Notes under the pieces: generated by a model
Told to the model about the DNA's origin: nothing
The model's input: the letters and a program-made list of their open reading frames with translations, nothing else
Database searches by the model: none
Source of the DNA: Callorhinchus milii
Lineage: Eukaryota
NCBI RefSeq assembly: GCF_018977255.1
Contig: NW_024704743.1
Span: 9,922,001-9,986,000, forward strand
Direction of reading: 5' to 3'
DNA length: 64,000 bases
Shown: positions 26,166 to 38,929 of the stretch, in pieces
Numbering within the stretch: the first letter of the stretch is position 1
Layout of the letters: each line of letters begins with the position of its first letter
Position numbers and translations under genes: made by a program

Positions 26166-27499
26166 CCTTCTGTGAATCCCGTGAAAAGCTTTGAGTATCT
26201 TGATGATGTGTTAAGGCACTATATCAAGTGCAAGGATTATTGTTATTATTATCATTTTTCCATATTCAGACTTTGAAGAAGGGAAAGGAAAAATCAGCTT
26301 GCGTCCCTGCTCCCGATTGCTATCCATTGATCTTTCCTAGAGGGTTATGTGTGTGAATGGCCTGAGAGTGTGATGCCCTCTGTGGTTGAGCAGCCCTGTT
26401 GGCACTCAATACCGCAGCTCACACATGACGAATAGTCAATTGGGCAAGAAGAAAAATAAATCTTTGCATTTGATATAGCGCATTATCATATCTTTGAGAT
26501 GTCTCAAAGCACTTCACAATATCTACTGTAAAGTGAATTGACTGTATATTTTCTGGGAGAAACACGGCAGCAGTGTCCCACAAACAGTCTTGGATTGAAG
26601 TGACCAATTTTTATGGGTACGGGGAAAAGGCAGGTAAATGGGACTGAAAGCATTGGTCTTTAAAAAGGGCCAGCACAGAAATGATGGGCCGAATGGCCTT
26701 CTTCTCTGCTGTAAATTTAATAATGGATTTATATGGTTATATGGCACACTTTAATTCCTTCAATTAATAATCCCTTAAAAAAAATTGGTCACTCAATCCA
26801 CGACTGTTTGTGGGCTGCTGTGTTTTGCCCACAAAATATACAGCTAAATCACTTTACAGTATATTCTGTGAAGTGCTTTGAGAAGTCTTGAAGATGTGAT
26901 CAGGCGCTATATCAAATGCAAGGATTATTATTATTTTTAATTCACTAAACTACAAGACTTGCAACCAGTGAACTACAATTCTGTTCGGAATTCACACAAT
27001 TAAGTTTACGAGCAAAATAATTTCAAGCATTAGATTGTGTGCTTGCAGCAGCAAAGTATCCCCTTTTCCTTCTCAGTTGATAAGCGATGTGAACACAAAC
27101 ACTCTGCAATCAAAATGGCAGTACTCCAAGAAGGTGCTAGCTCCAGTTAATCTCCATCTGGAAAGGACCAAAACGGGTGATCCCTGATCCTCAAAAGTCA
27201 TCCCTTGGTGCCATAGCCTCAATCCAAAAAAGAAATGAAAACTGAGTAGAGTTGCAGATAGATACATCCAGGTAATAAAATAATAATCCTTGCATATGAA
27301 ATAGCACCTTTCACATCAGCAGGATGTCTCAAAACGCTTTACAGGTTTTACAGTGAGGTGTAGTGACTATTCCATGGGGAATGGGGCAGCTAATTTGCTC
27401 CCAGCAATTCAGCACATGCACAATTTGCTGTTTAAAGATCCTTATGTGAATCCTGCTATTGAGACTCTAACATAATTTTGGTTCCCTTTATTTTTTCAG

Positions 27500-28773
27500 G
27501 GAAGATCTGGATAACAGTGATGGTGCTGCTCAGACTACTTGTGATAATTGTGGTGGGTTACCCCTTGTATCAGGATGAACATGCACGGTTTGTTTGCAAC
27601 ACCATGCAGCCGGGATGTTCCAACATCTGCTTCGATGCCTTCTCCCCTGTGTCTCACTTCCGATTCTGGTTTTTACAAGCCATGGCCCTTTGCCTGCCTT
27701 TGGCCATGTTTGTGGTGTACGTGGCCCACAAGGTAACTAGCCAAATTGCAAGGGAAAGCGTGCACCAGTTCCCTGAAAACCTCCCGAAAGTTTCGGTGAT
27801 TGGACGGGAACAAGCGCCCTGTGGAAGTGCATATTTAATCAGGAACAGTTCGGAGTCAGGACTTCGCTTGTATCAAAGCCGTGATGAACGGAACCAAGTC
27901 AATGAAGATTTCAGGATGAGGCAAAACATTCCTCATTTCTGTGAGGCATATATATTGCAATTGCTGGTGAGGATGCTGTTGGAAGCTGGGTTCGGTGTTG
28001 GACAGTACTATTTGTTTGGGTTTTTTGTCCCTAATATATTCATCTGCTACAGACATCCTTGCAGCAGCAACATAGACTGTTACACCTCCAGACCCACCGA
28101 GAAGACTCTTATGCTTCATTTTATGCTTGGAGCTGCCGGATTCTCTTTGGTGCTGAATTTCGTGGAGTTGCTTCATGTCATCAAGAGAGCTTCGAGTCAA
28201 AACCGTAAGAATAAATCTCTGACACAGAATATTTGCCGAAGGGAACCGTATTGTGTTCTCCCGAATCGGGCTCATGTGTTCCCCGGACACAAAGTCGTTC
28301 AGGAATATGGAGCACAAGCGAGGAGAAGGCGGGGCAGCGGTGTGAGTGTAGACAGCGACTTATCAGCAAAATCCCAGCAGAGGGAAGGAACCTCTCTGCA
28401 CTCTGGTGTCCAGTCAGAGCACATAGCTCTGCCCAATGCCAACAGCAATAACACACACCTCACCGCAGTCCCATCGAGCTCCAGGTCCACGGAAGACTAC
28501 ACTGAAGAAGAGGGCAGTGAGGTGGTGCTGTACGCAGGAGAACAGAGAGCAGTAGCTCGGGGATTCAGCGGACACTCAAGTGGTGACAACCCGGTGATCC
28601 CGACAGATCAGCAAGGCTTCAGATCGCGCCAGCTCCCGCTGCAAAGACCCATGGAGCCTCTGTCAGTCAGCAAGCAGCTGATAGAAGAGTATAAGTTTGT
28701 TCACCTGCAATCTAAAGATTTGCAGACATTCCTTGGTACAGGTGGCAGGATGAAGAAATCTGAATGGGTTTGA
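27500..28773 (+). CDS. GJD4: Gap junction delta-4 (connexin), coding exon 2; spliced protein 445 aa
   Basis: ttttttcag acceptor ends at 27499. GKIW start, extracellular cysteine patterns C-x6-C-x3-C (CNTMQPGCSNIC) and C-x4-C-x5-C (CYRHPCSSNIDC), SRPTEK, four hydrophobic segments and C-terminal KSEWV as in GJD4. Lies between CCNY and FZD8. Confidence 0.93.
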
Positions 28774-29912
28774 AGCTGGGAAGACATAGACAACATAGAC
28801 AAAGCAACAACAGATGTTTGGCTGAAATGTTACTCCTGAACTTTGCTCTCTTTGGGACAGTAGTGTTAGTGAGTGTATGTAATAAGTGCAGCAATAGGGT
28901 GGTGGCAAGGGCAGCACTTATTTACCACTGAGGATATCAGGCTCAAAGGATATTGGACAAACACATCCTTACTTAAGAAACAAGAACAAAAATATGTTTT
29001 TGAATACTAGACCCCTCCCCTCCCGCCTCGACTTCCCAATAATGGTGGTAATACTCCCAGCCCCGCTTAAATAACTGTTTGAACCCTAGGAGTGGTCACT
29101 CAATCCATAGTTGTTTGTGGGACACTACTGCGTGCAATTGGCTCCTGCGTTTTGCTCGCAAAATACACTCACTCCACTTTAGAATATATTCCGTGAAGCG
29201 CTTTGAGATGTCCTCCGGATGTGAAAAGAACTATATCAAATACAAGGATTATTACTATTACTATTGTGATTATATTGATTTTTAGTTAAGTTGGTACCCT
29301 ATACAATGACATTGAAAGTTCTCCAACCCAAGATCCAAAACATTCATCACTAAAACATTCATCAATGCCACCTTGTAGACATTATCTTGGAAGTTCTTAA
29401 AAAGAGCTGCAGAAAAAAATCTTCAAAATTAAGATTGAATTTACCTGTAATTTGTTTCCAAAATAATGTATGATCTTGAAGTTTAAGACAATGTTTACCA
29501 AAGCTAAGACTCCTGGAGTTTAAATACTATTTGGGATCTCTCTATATTCCATTTAACTCTGAAAAAAAATCAGTCACATCAGTGTTAAACGGAGCACTCT
29601 TAAACAGAGTTACATTGCACTCACATTTTGCAAAAATGTGCTTGGTTGAACAAACCAACACAACAAACGTCTTTATTGAAATCACTAATGCAGTAATGCT
29701 GCAAACTGGCAGAAATGCTCAGAAATATAGAAATGATTGAAGAAGGGTGGATGTTGTCTTGTATTGGTGAGCATCAGCATTCTTTTAATAGATGTTTTAT
29801 TTAATTAGGAAGATAGCTTGCATTTGGTTCTGAGCATGTGTTTCCAATGATAAATTCATATCCAGTAATAATGCCATTCTCTGTTCTGGTTTATTTCCGT
29901 AAGCAGTAGACC

Positions 29913-29922
29913 AATAAATAAA
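29913..29922 (+). terminator. Probable GJD4 polyadenylation signal (overlapping AATAAATAAA)
   Basis: Double AATAAA about 1.1 kb after the stop codon, followed by T-rich sequence. Confidence 0.5.
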
Positions 29923-30928
29923 TCTTTTCTACAATTCTTGCTGTCATTCTTTTAGTCTCTTAAATTGTTTCGGCTGGAGGAGGATATATGAATTCTTTCA
30001 CACAAGTAGCTGAGGTTGAAGTAAAAATAATAAAGGTAAATACTTGGCTCATTATTTTATTTTTCTCAACAATGTTGTCCTTTGGATGAGACGTTAAACT
30101 CAGGTCCCATCTATTTGTGGATGGACAAAGGTTGATTTACAAAGATGCCGTGAGACTATTCAAAAAGAGAAGGGAGTTTCTCCAATTGGATAAAAATTCC
30201 CCGGATAAAATTGATCATTCACTTCATGACTGATCGTGGGGCATTGCTGAGTGTAAAATTGGCTGCGGCTTTCACTATAAATACACAGTCACTGCACTTT
30301 ACAGTAAATCTTGTGAAGTGCATAAAGAATCCTCCTGACATGAAAGGCGCTAAATCAAATGTAAGGATTAATATTCTTATTTCACCTTCATTGCTCCCTT
30401 TCCTAAACTAGTGACTCTTGTTTGTAGTGACAAACATATTTACATTTCCTAAAGGAGTGACACAAATGCTTTAGAGACATCCTGGTGACATGAAAGAGAC
30501 ATGAAAGGCACTATATAAAGTAAATTGTATCGTAAATGATATTATGTGTTGAACTATGGATCCGATCCTTTCCTACATTTTGCTGAAGTGGCCATTCTTT
30601 AACTCTGAGCACATTTTTTAAGCTCTGAACAAAAGAAAGAGAACTTTCATTTTCGTGGTGCCTTATCCCATCAACTGTCTTAAGTCATTGCTGTCAAGTC
30701 TATTCACTTTTTTGTAGGGAAATCATGCAGCCATTTGCACCAGCAAAGTGCCACGAACACAGGATGAATGACCATTTACTTTAAAGGACAGAGCACTGGG
30801 AGAAACTCACTTCTCTTTTTGAAAAGTGCCTTGGGATCTTTAACGTCCACCCAATTGCAGGCAGTCAGGACTTTGGTTTAAGTAATGTAGTCGTGCCCCA
30901 CTCTATTATGAACCAGAGTGTTATCAGT

Positions 30929-31244
30929 GTGGAGTCTGTAGCTCAGTGGTTAGAGCACTTGCTTTGCAAGTGAGAGACCTGAGTTCAATTCCAGGCAGAG
31001 GGCGAAACCTTGGGCAAGTTTCCTTACTCCACACGCCTAATAATAATCCCTTCAAAAACAATAATAAATTTGTAATTTTCAATCTACGACTGTTTGTGGG
31101 ACATTGCTGTGCGCAATTGGCTGCCGCGTTCGCCCACAAATATACAGTCAATTCACTTTACAGTATGTTCTGAGAAGCGCTTTGGGACGTCCTCCTGACC
31201 TGAAAAGCGCTATACCAAATGCAAGGATTATTATTATTATTATT
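30929..31244 (+). mobile_element. Young full-length tRNA-Ala-derived SINE
   Basis: Same head, body and tail as 61618-61944. Confidence 0.9.
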
Positions 31245-32400
31245 TTGATCTCAAATCTAGACATGGGGCTCGAACCCATGGTATTCTGTACTAAAGACAA
31301 GAGTAGCAACTGATCCAAAATGGGTTGCTCAAAAGTGTGAGCATTCAATATGACAGTGTTATCTTACTGAAAGACAACCAGAACTATCAATGATCCACAA
31401 ATATGATCCTGTCATGCATCTGAAGCCCAGAATGTCACCTAGTCTTAGCCTGTAAGACTATTTTTATCTTGAGATTAAAAGGCGGCAGAATTGTGGAAAA
31501 TTCTTAAATCCAATCTTGATACTTCTGTAGGTTTTCCGCAATTTCTAAAAAGAACCAGTTTCCAAATTAAAGTTGAATTTAAGAATTTTCCACAGAAACT
31601 GTGTTGGTCAGTCATATGTTTTTAAGACAGAAGGTCTTAGAGGCCAAGATTAGGTGGAATTTCTCACCTCTTATATTCAAACCATTTGCTTTACAAACTG
31701 TGCTACATTTGTGCCAATACCACAGTTTCTATTTTCAGCTCCTTTATATTTCTGGCACCAGTTTGTGGCACCTTTACATCTAAAATGGGCTGACATTATG
31801 GAAGTAACATGAGTGAGCGTAATATGAGCTACTTCAACCACTGGGGGAGTTAAAAATATGGCACCAATCTTCATCCTCACAACTTTAAAAATGGAAAATA
31901 TGGGTTTCATTGCCAATAGCCCTTCAGCACCATCTTAATAACAAAATGCAAGAATTATCTACTGCATACTGTGAGATAATTTCAAGTGGTGGATCTCAAA
32001 GGCTTCTATTCTTTTTGTTTGAAAGTTTTGTTTAGTTGAGTTCTTTTGCACCATCCTTTCAGAATCTGCTAACATCCTGACTAGAAGAATCGATTTGGAA
32101 TAAAATGTTGTAGCTATAAATCCCAATGCCCCACAAACAGCTATGATGTGAATGATTTGTTTCATCTGAGGTATTGTTGACCAGAATACCAAGAGAAACT
32201 CCACTTTTTGAATGGGACATGGGATCTTTAACATTCACCTGAACAGGCAAACAGGACCTTGGTTTACTCTCTTATCCAAAGATCCTGCACTGATAGCACA
32301 ACCTCAGCACTGCACAACATAGTCTGCCTAGACTGTATGAGATTATATATAATATATAATCAGGGAAACCAGCTGTTGAGGACTACTCAACAATGTTAAT

Positions 32401-32619
32401 ATAATAATAATAATAATCCTTGCATTTGATATAGCGCTTTTCAAGTCGGGAGGACGTCCCAAAGCGCTTCACAGAACACACTGTAAAGTGAATTCACTGT
32501 ATATTTGTGGGCGAACGTGGCAGCCAATTGCGCACAGCAATGTCCCACAAACAGTCGTAGATTGAAAATGACCAATTTAATTATTGTTTTTGGTTTTTTG
32601 GAGGGATTATTATTATTAT
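32401..32619 (-). mobile_element. Headless copy of the young SINE
   Basis: Body and tail only, truncated at the internal (TAA)n. Confidence 0.85.
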
Positions 32620-32714
32620 ATGCATTCAAAACAGGAAAACAAAAAGAAGTTAAATTATTACATTATTCCTACATACAGAGACCTGAAGGGATCTTGTCAT
32701 GGGGATAATCAATG

Positions 32715-33142
32715 CATCATTAAAGAATGCCGCTTAGAGAGATGAGCACAAAAAGCGTATACTGGAAAAGAATACATTATTGGGGAAAAGAGAAGGTTGA
32801 GGGCTGAGCTGATCAAGGTATTTAAAATTATGAGGGGTTTTCATCGAATCAATACAAGAATTTACTTCCACCAATAACTGAGAGAGAATCAATTTAAGTT
32901 TGTGAACGAGAAAATGGGGAGATTAGGAGAATTGTTTTCACTCAGAGTAGTTAGGATATGAAGTGCCCTGCTTGGAGAGGTAAAATCCATATTGCTCTTT
33001 GAGAATTAACTAGACAGGTTAACAGAGACAGCTACTGGTGTATAGTAAAGGTGAGGTAAGTGAAATTGAAAGAAATGCTCTTGAGGAAGCTGGCACAAAT
33101 ACGATGGGCTGAATGGCCTTCTTCTGTGCCATGGATTTCTAT
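32715..33142 (+). mobile_element. CR1 LINE 3' fragment
   Basis: RRLRAELIKVFKIMRGF remnant and 3'UTR ATGGGCTGAATGGCCT..ATTTCTAT. Confidence 0.7.
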
Positions 33143-36100
33143 TGTTCAATGTACTTGATCACACAACACACAAATGCCAAAGTCCTAAATACGTTATACC
33201 TGCATCAGCCAAATTTATGTGACTATTCTGACATGTAGTTTACAACAACTCCCAGAGTTCTTAATAATAATAATAATCCTTGCATTTGATATCGTTCCTC
33301 ATCAAGTCTTTGAGACGTCTCAAAGCGCATCACAGAATATGCTATAAAGTGTATTTTGCGTGGGCGAAACGCGGCAGCCAATTGCGCGCAGCAGTGTCCT
33401 ACAAACAGTTGTGGATTCTTTTTTTATTTTAAAATAAAATTAACTGTTTTTATTTAATGTTAAAACTATTTTTTAATTGTGGCGTCCTTTGTTGCATGAT
33501 GGGGGATGTCAATGGTGTTGGTGTCTCATATCTGTGCCACTCTACTTAGCTCAGAGTGACTTTGTCTCATGTCAGCGTCACTCTGTCTCAGGTGACACTC
33601 TGTGTCAGTTCATGAAAGGTCTATGTAACAGTGATTTGTTGTTGTGTCACAGGTTAGAGTCTCTGTGTCTCATATCAGGATCACTGTGTCTCAAGTCAGG
33701 GTTATTTTTCCTCAGGTCAGTGCTATTAGTGCTGAGGTGTGTCTGAGATCAGCGTTGCTGCTGTGGTCAATTGCTAGGTTTTATTAATTTTATTAATGGT
33801 AATTTGCTTTTATTCACTACAGGATGACATTAGTGATCTCACTGAGATTCTACTACACAACAACAAACAAATTACATTTGTATAGCACTTTCATATCAGG
33901 ACATACTATTAAATGAGTTCATCATCGACGACTATGTCTTGAGCCATCATGCCTTGAACCTCGGGAACTCCCTGCCTCAATCACTTCATCTTATCTCCTC
34001 TTTGCCTTCTATCAAATCGAACCTGAAGTCTTGAACATGCCTACGGTCACCTCCCCTTTCTCCCCAGCTTGACCTCAAACTCCTACATTGTTGAGCACAC
34101 TCTGAGATGCTATCCCATGTGAAGAGCACAATGTCAATGCAAGTTGCTGTCGTTGGATCCTGTCTGTCATCACATTGTTTGATTATGCTGGTGAGGAAAA
34201 CATAAGTTAACAAAAGTACCTATCTTCATTGATAAATGTCTGGAGGCAGCTCGCGTGCTAACTGAGCTTGGAATATTAATGGTGATAAATAATCTCTGCG
34301 TTTGATATAGCGCCTTATCATGTTGATGTCAAAGTGCTTCACAGGATTTTATTATGAAGTGTAGTGACTATACTTGAAGGCATAAGCAGGAATTTATGCA
34401 CAGCGAAGTCCCACAAGCATCCATGTGAATGACGAATTTAATGGGAGGGGGGGGGGGGGGGACAAATGCTGCATTCCCCCAACACTACAGCTTAGTATCA
34501 GCTTAGACTGTGAGTTCTTCCTGGTGGGGCTTCAACCCACAAATTTATAGCTCTGAGACGAACGTGCTACGACCTAAGCCATTGTTATCTATCTTTCCAA
34601 TAAAGGTAGATAATCGGGACACAGACAAGTGTGGCTCCACTCTAGGTTTCAGATTGTGTACTGGAGGTTTTTTATTCAATTTGGAGCCAGGCTGCATATG
34701 GTCAGCAGCTGTGAATACACACAATGACTGTCAGTGTGTTTTATGTGCTTCATGCAATGACCGTGTTCCTTTGAGGCCTGTTGTAGCTCTTTCCTGCATC
34801 TCCGGCCAGTGCCTCATCTGAACCAAGGATGCTCCCAGTCCCTTTATAGGAATAATTTCTCTGGTTAAAGATTAAATAACATGTTTTTTGATGAATGAAG
34901 AGTTAATTTAAACATGCTTCTAAAAAGTCTTACTTTTCCAGCCCTGCAGCAGTCTTATAATCACTCCCAGTTACACCATAACTTCAGATCCGATATTCAG
35001 CAGCAGAACATAAAGAAAATTAGTTTTGCAGATGCCATGGGTTGAAATTTGTGCACTTAGTTTTGAAACTTTAGCGGAAGTCAATACTCGAAGGGATAGT
35101 GGCAAAAAGTCTGAAACAATGATTATACTATGAATCACTGCTGAAGAATATGTCTGTTCCCTGGCAAAGACAATCCCATTGTTCCAAGCTGTTGAATTGA
35201 TGGAAACCATCAGGGCTACTGAACAACCTGACAGTTGATGAAATGTGTGCATGGGAAATGAGCAAGTGGATAGAGAAGCTGGGACTCAGAATATAATGAT
35301 GTTCAACAGAGTTGACAATACATCATTCGCAAAGTGCAAGTGGCCGACTCAATTGCAATTTCTGTTTTTGCGACTGAAATTGTGGGCTTCACTCTCAATT
35401 TCTTGGAAAGAAAAATTGCATAAATATCATGATCCTTTTTTTCTGGTCAGCTAGATGTCTAACACATATGGAAACCCATCACTGTGCTAAAGAGTATCAA
35501 ACCAGACTGAAAGTTCCACATACGTGCACTGTCTCCCCAGAGGGGTGGACCCTGCTTACCTGAATCCGGAAAGTATTAGGCACAGTATTTCACAAAGACC
35601 CTAGCTAGGGTACTGCTGAAATTCAGCTAGCTAAAACTGCATAGGTTATCATTGAGAGCACTGTCTGCCAAGCTTCCCGCTGCTTGTTCAGCTAGGACCA
35701 CTGTTCAGGCTTTGGCTTGGGGTGTTAACAGGAGCTGAGTCAGGAGAATCCCTAGTAATTTGTCAGGTGGTCAATTTTTACGAGCAACCGTAAATAAATG
35801 ACCAATTTATCCAGAGAATTGTTGATTAGGATTAGAAGACCACAAAAAAGTCCCTTCTCTTTCCAAACAGTCATTGGATCTTTACCATCCATCTGAACAG
35901 ACTGATGGGACCTTCCTTCAACATCTCATTAGAAGTACAGTACCCACATCAATATAATTGATAATAATAAACCTTGCATTTGATATAGTGCCTTACCATG
36001 TCATTGAGATGTTTCACAGCACTTCACAGAATAAACTCTAAAGTGAATTGATTACATAATGTGGGTGAAATGCGGCAGCGAAATGTGGCAGCCAATTGCA

Positions 36101-37122
36101 AACAGTTGTGGATGGAGTGACCAAATTTTTTTTTTGCATTTACATAGTGCCTTTTGCCTCAGGAGAAAGTCTGAAAGTGTGTAACACAGACCTGAGGGTA
36201 GGAGCTGAAGGGATGGGGAGCGGAAGGTGATCGAAAGCGCAGTCAAAGATGAACAATTTGATTTGGACTGCACTGGAATGTCAGCTTGGACTGTGAGCTC
36301 AAAGACACAAAGTGAGGCTTGAACCCAAAACCTTCTGACTCAGAAGCAAGGACATTACCAACTGAACTAAGCTGTCACTCACTGCTTACATCAACAACAA
36401 AAAATTATATTTGTATAGCATCTTTTGCGTTGGAAGGATGTCCCCAGGCACTGACATGAGTTTCTATGAGAGCAAGCAGAGGAAGACAGGGTGTTTTACT
36501 AAGTGACCCTAAATCTTTTTCTACCAATATTCTGCATTTTCCATGTGCTATTAAACCCAGCTGTAGAAGCCGCAGACTAGTTAATGTATTCATTACCAAT
36601 GCATTATGGCCAGATCTTGCTAGAAAAGGCTGACTAATATTTTGTTCTATTTTGAGGTGAGAAATATACAGGGGAGAATATCCTGTGTATGTCTTTAATT
36701 TCAATGTTTTTTAATGTGTGGTAAATGGTTGTCAACGTATTAAGACTATTGGTGGCATTAACACTGGTTCTGAAATTCCAACAGAGATTTTATAGCAGTA
36801 GTTAAATTTTTATGACAGACTAAAAGCATCAATTTAGCTAATTATTGGAGTTATAAATCCAATTAACTTTAGGCATGCTGAAAATTCTGAATTCTTCTGC
36901 AATGTACTCTACTGAGCTTAAGATTTCTTATGAAAGTAAGACTTACAGGCTTACAGCTATTGTCTTACTCTGTAAGTTTGTGAGGAATTTTGGAAAACAC
37001 TTTTCATTTTGAAGCCGATTTTCCATAGGAACAAAAATGAACTGTGGCAATTTGGCTTCCAAATTAAGAATGATTTTAAGGCACTTCAAACACTTTTCAC
37101 ATTCTTAAATTTTAATTACCCT

Positions 37123-37442
37123 AAATAATAATAATAATCCTTGCATTTGATATAGCGCATTTCACGTCTTCTAGACGTCCCAAAGTGCTTCACAGAATAT
37201 ACTGTAAAGTGGATTGACTGTATGTTTGTGGGCGAACATGGCAGCCAATTGCACACAGCAGTGTCCCACAAACAGTCATAGATTGAAAATGACCAATTTA
37301 TTATTGTTTTTTGTTTTTTTTGGAGGAATTATTATTAGGCGTGTGGAATAAGGAAACTTGCCCAAGGTTTCGCCCTGCCTGGAATTGAACTCAGATCTCT
37401 CGCTTGCAAAGCGAGTGCTCTAACCACTGAGCTACAGGACTC
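37123..37442 (-). mobile_element. Full-length tRNA-Ala-derived SINE (intermediate tail type)
   Basis: Reverse complement of the same family, with tail loop TAGAA. Confidence 0.88.
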
Positions 37443-38645
37443 TTAAATGTAAGAGTATTAGACATTATAGGGCTTCTGAATTATTAGTTTTTGGTCAGCT
37501 GAGTGTCTGACAAATGCGGAAACTCATCACCAACCTTAAGAATATCCAAACCAAACTGAGAATTCCATGCATCCCATCTACACATGGAAATCCCAGAGAT
37601 AGAGCTTCTGAATTTATATGTCACTTTATAGGCCAAGCTTTAGTCTATATTAGTGGACTTGAAAGTCATTCAAGAGAGAAGAAACAGCATAAAATTAAGG
37701 TCCTTCATATCAGATGTTCATTTGAGGTCCTGTTAGTATGTTCAGGTAAATGTTAAAGATCCTAAGGCACTATTCAAGAAGAGAGTTTCTCCTGTGTCCT
37801 GGCCAACAACCCCCAGATAATATTGGATCATTCACTTCATGGTTGTCTATAGGACATGTTTGTGTGCAAATTGCCTGCTACATTCCCTTACAAAATACAC
37901 AATTGATACACTTCACAGTAAATCCTGTGAAATGCTTTGAGACTTCATCCTGATGTAAAAGGCGCTATACCAGAGACAACTCTACTTTTGAGGCATCTGT
38001 GGTTGAACTGGTCTTTATGGATTTTACTTGAGTGATTACCAGTGGCTGCTGGCATCCAGTGGAGCTATATTATAGCAGAAGTCAGCAAGGTGCAAAAGTA
38101 AATAACATGGGGGGAAATTCTCATTCAAAAACTTTTTTAGTGGTAATGAAAGAGATCTGCATTGTACAAAAAGTTTGTCCATTGGCTAAACTGATCTGCC
38201 TGTCCAATTGGATATTGTAGAGTTTCTCCCGTATCCTGGCAAACAATCTTCTAGATACCAATTCAAAAACCCTCCAGGTGGTTCATGGTTATCTGTGAGT
38301 CCTGATGTGTGCAAAATGGTTGCCGCATTTGCCTATAATTTACAGGCACTTGGTCAGAATAATCTTCAAAGCACTTAGTGAATTTGTTGTCATTGGAGCT
38401 ATGCCATTATCAAATCCTAGCATTAATATAAATATGTCTATTTACATTTATTCTTTGGATGATACTTATGAATTCTCCTCTGAGGATACCTTAACTATCT
38501 AATTAAAACCAGGACAAGAACATTTGCATTGCCTCCCTCATATCCTTCTTTTCACAAAATTGCGTGTCGCTGAGAAATGGTCAATTATACACTGCCTATT
38601 GAACGGTAGCTTGGAAATCTGGGACATTACTGCTAATGCAATTCA

Positions 38646-38663
38646 TGGCCACTAGGTGGCAGC
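38646..38663 (+). promoter_or_regulatory. CTCF-binding motif
   Basis: TGGCCACTAGGTGGCAGC matches the CTCF core consensus CCASYAGRKGGCRS at every position. Confidence 0.65.
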
Positions 38664-38929
38664 GGTGATCAAGTATTGAAAACATTGCAGGTCAAAGGCA
38701 ATTTCCCGGAGTCTGCAGTAATGTTTCAATGATGGTTCAGGTAAGTAATAATAATAATAACTACTTTACATTAGAAGATCAGCCATGATTGAATGGCGGG
38801 GCAGGCTCGAAGGGCCGAATGGCCTACTCCTGGCCTACATGATATGTTATGTTTATTTCAGCTCAAACCAGTGCTATCACTTCCTAACCACCACTCATCA
38901 CCTTCAATCTCACTAATTCCAACTTTTTA

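Noticed and set aside
27478..27499. MVPFIFS start of the 431-aa connexin ORF
   Set aside because: TTG start inside the pyrimidine tract. The true N-terminus is the exon at 23340-23403.
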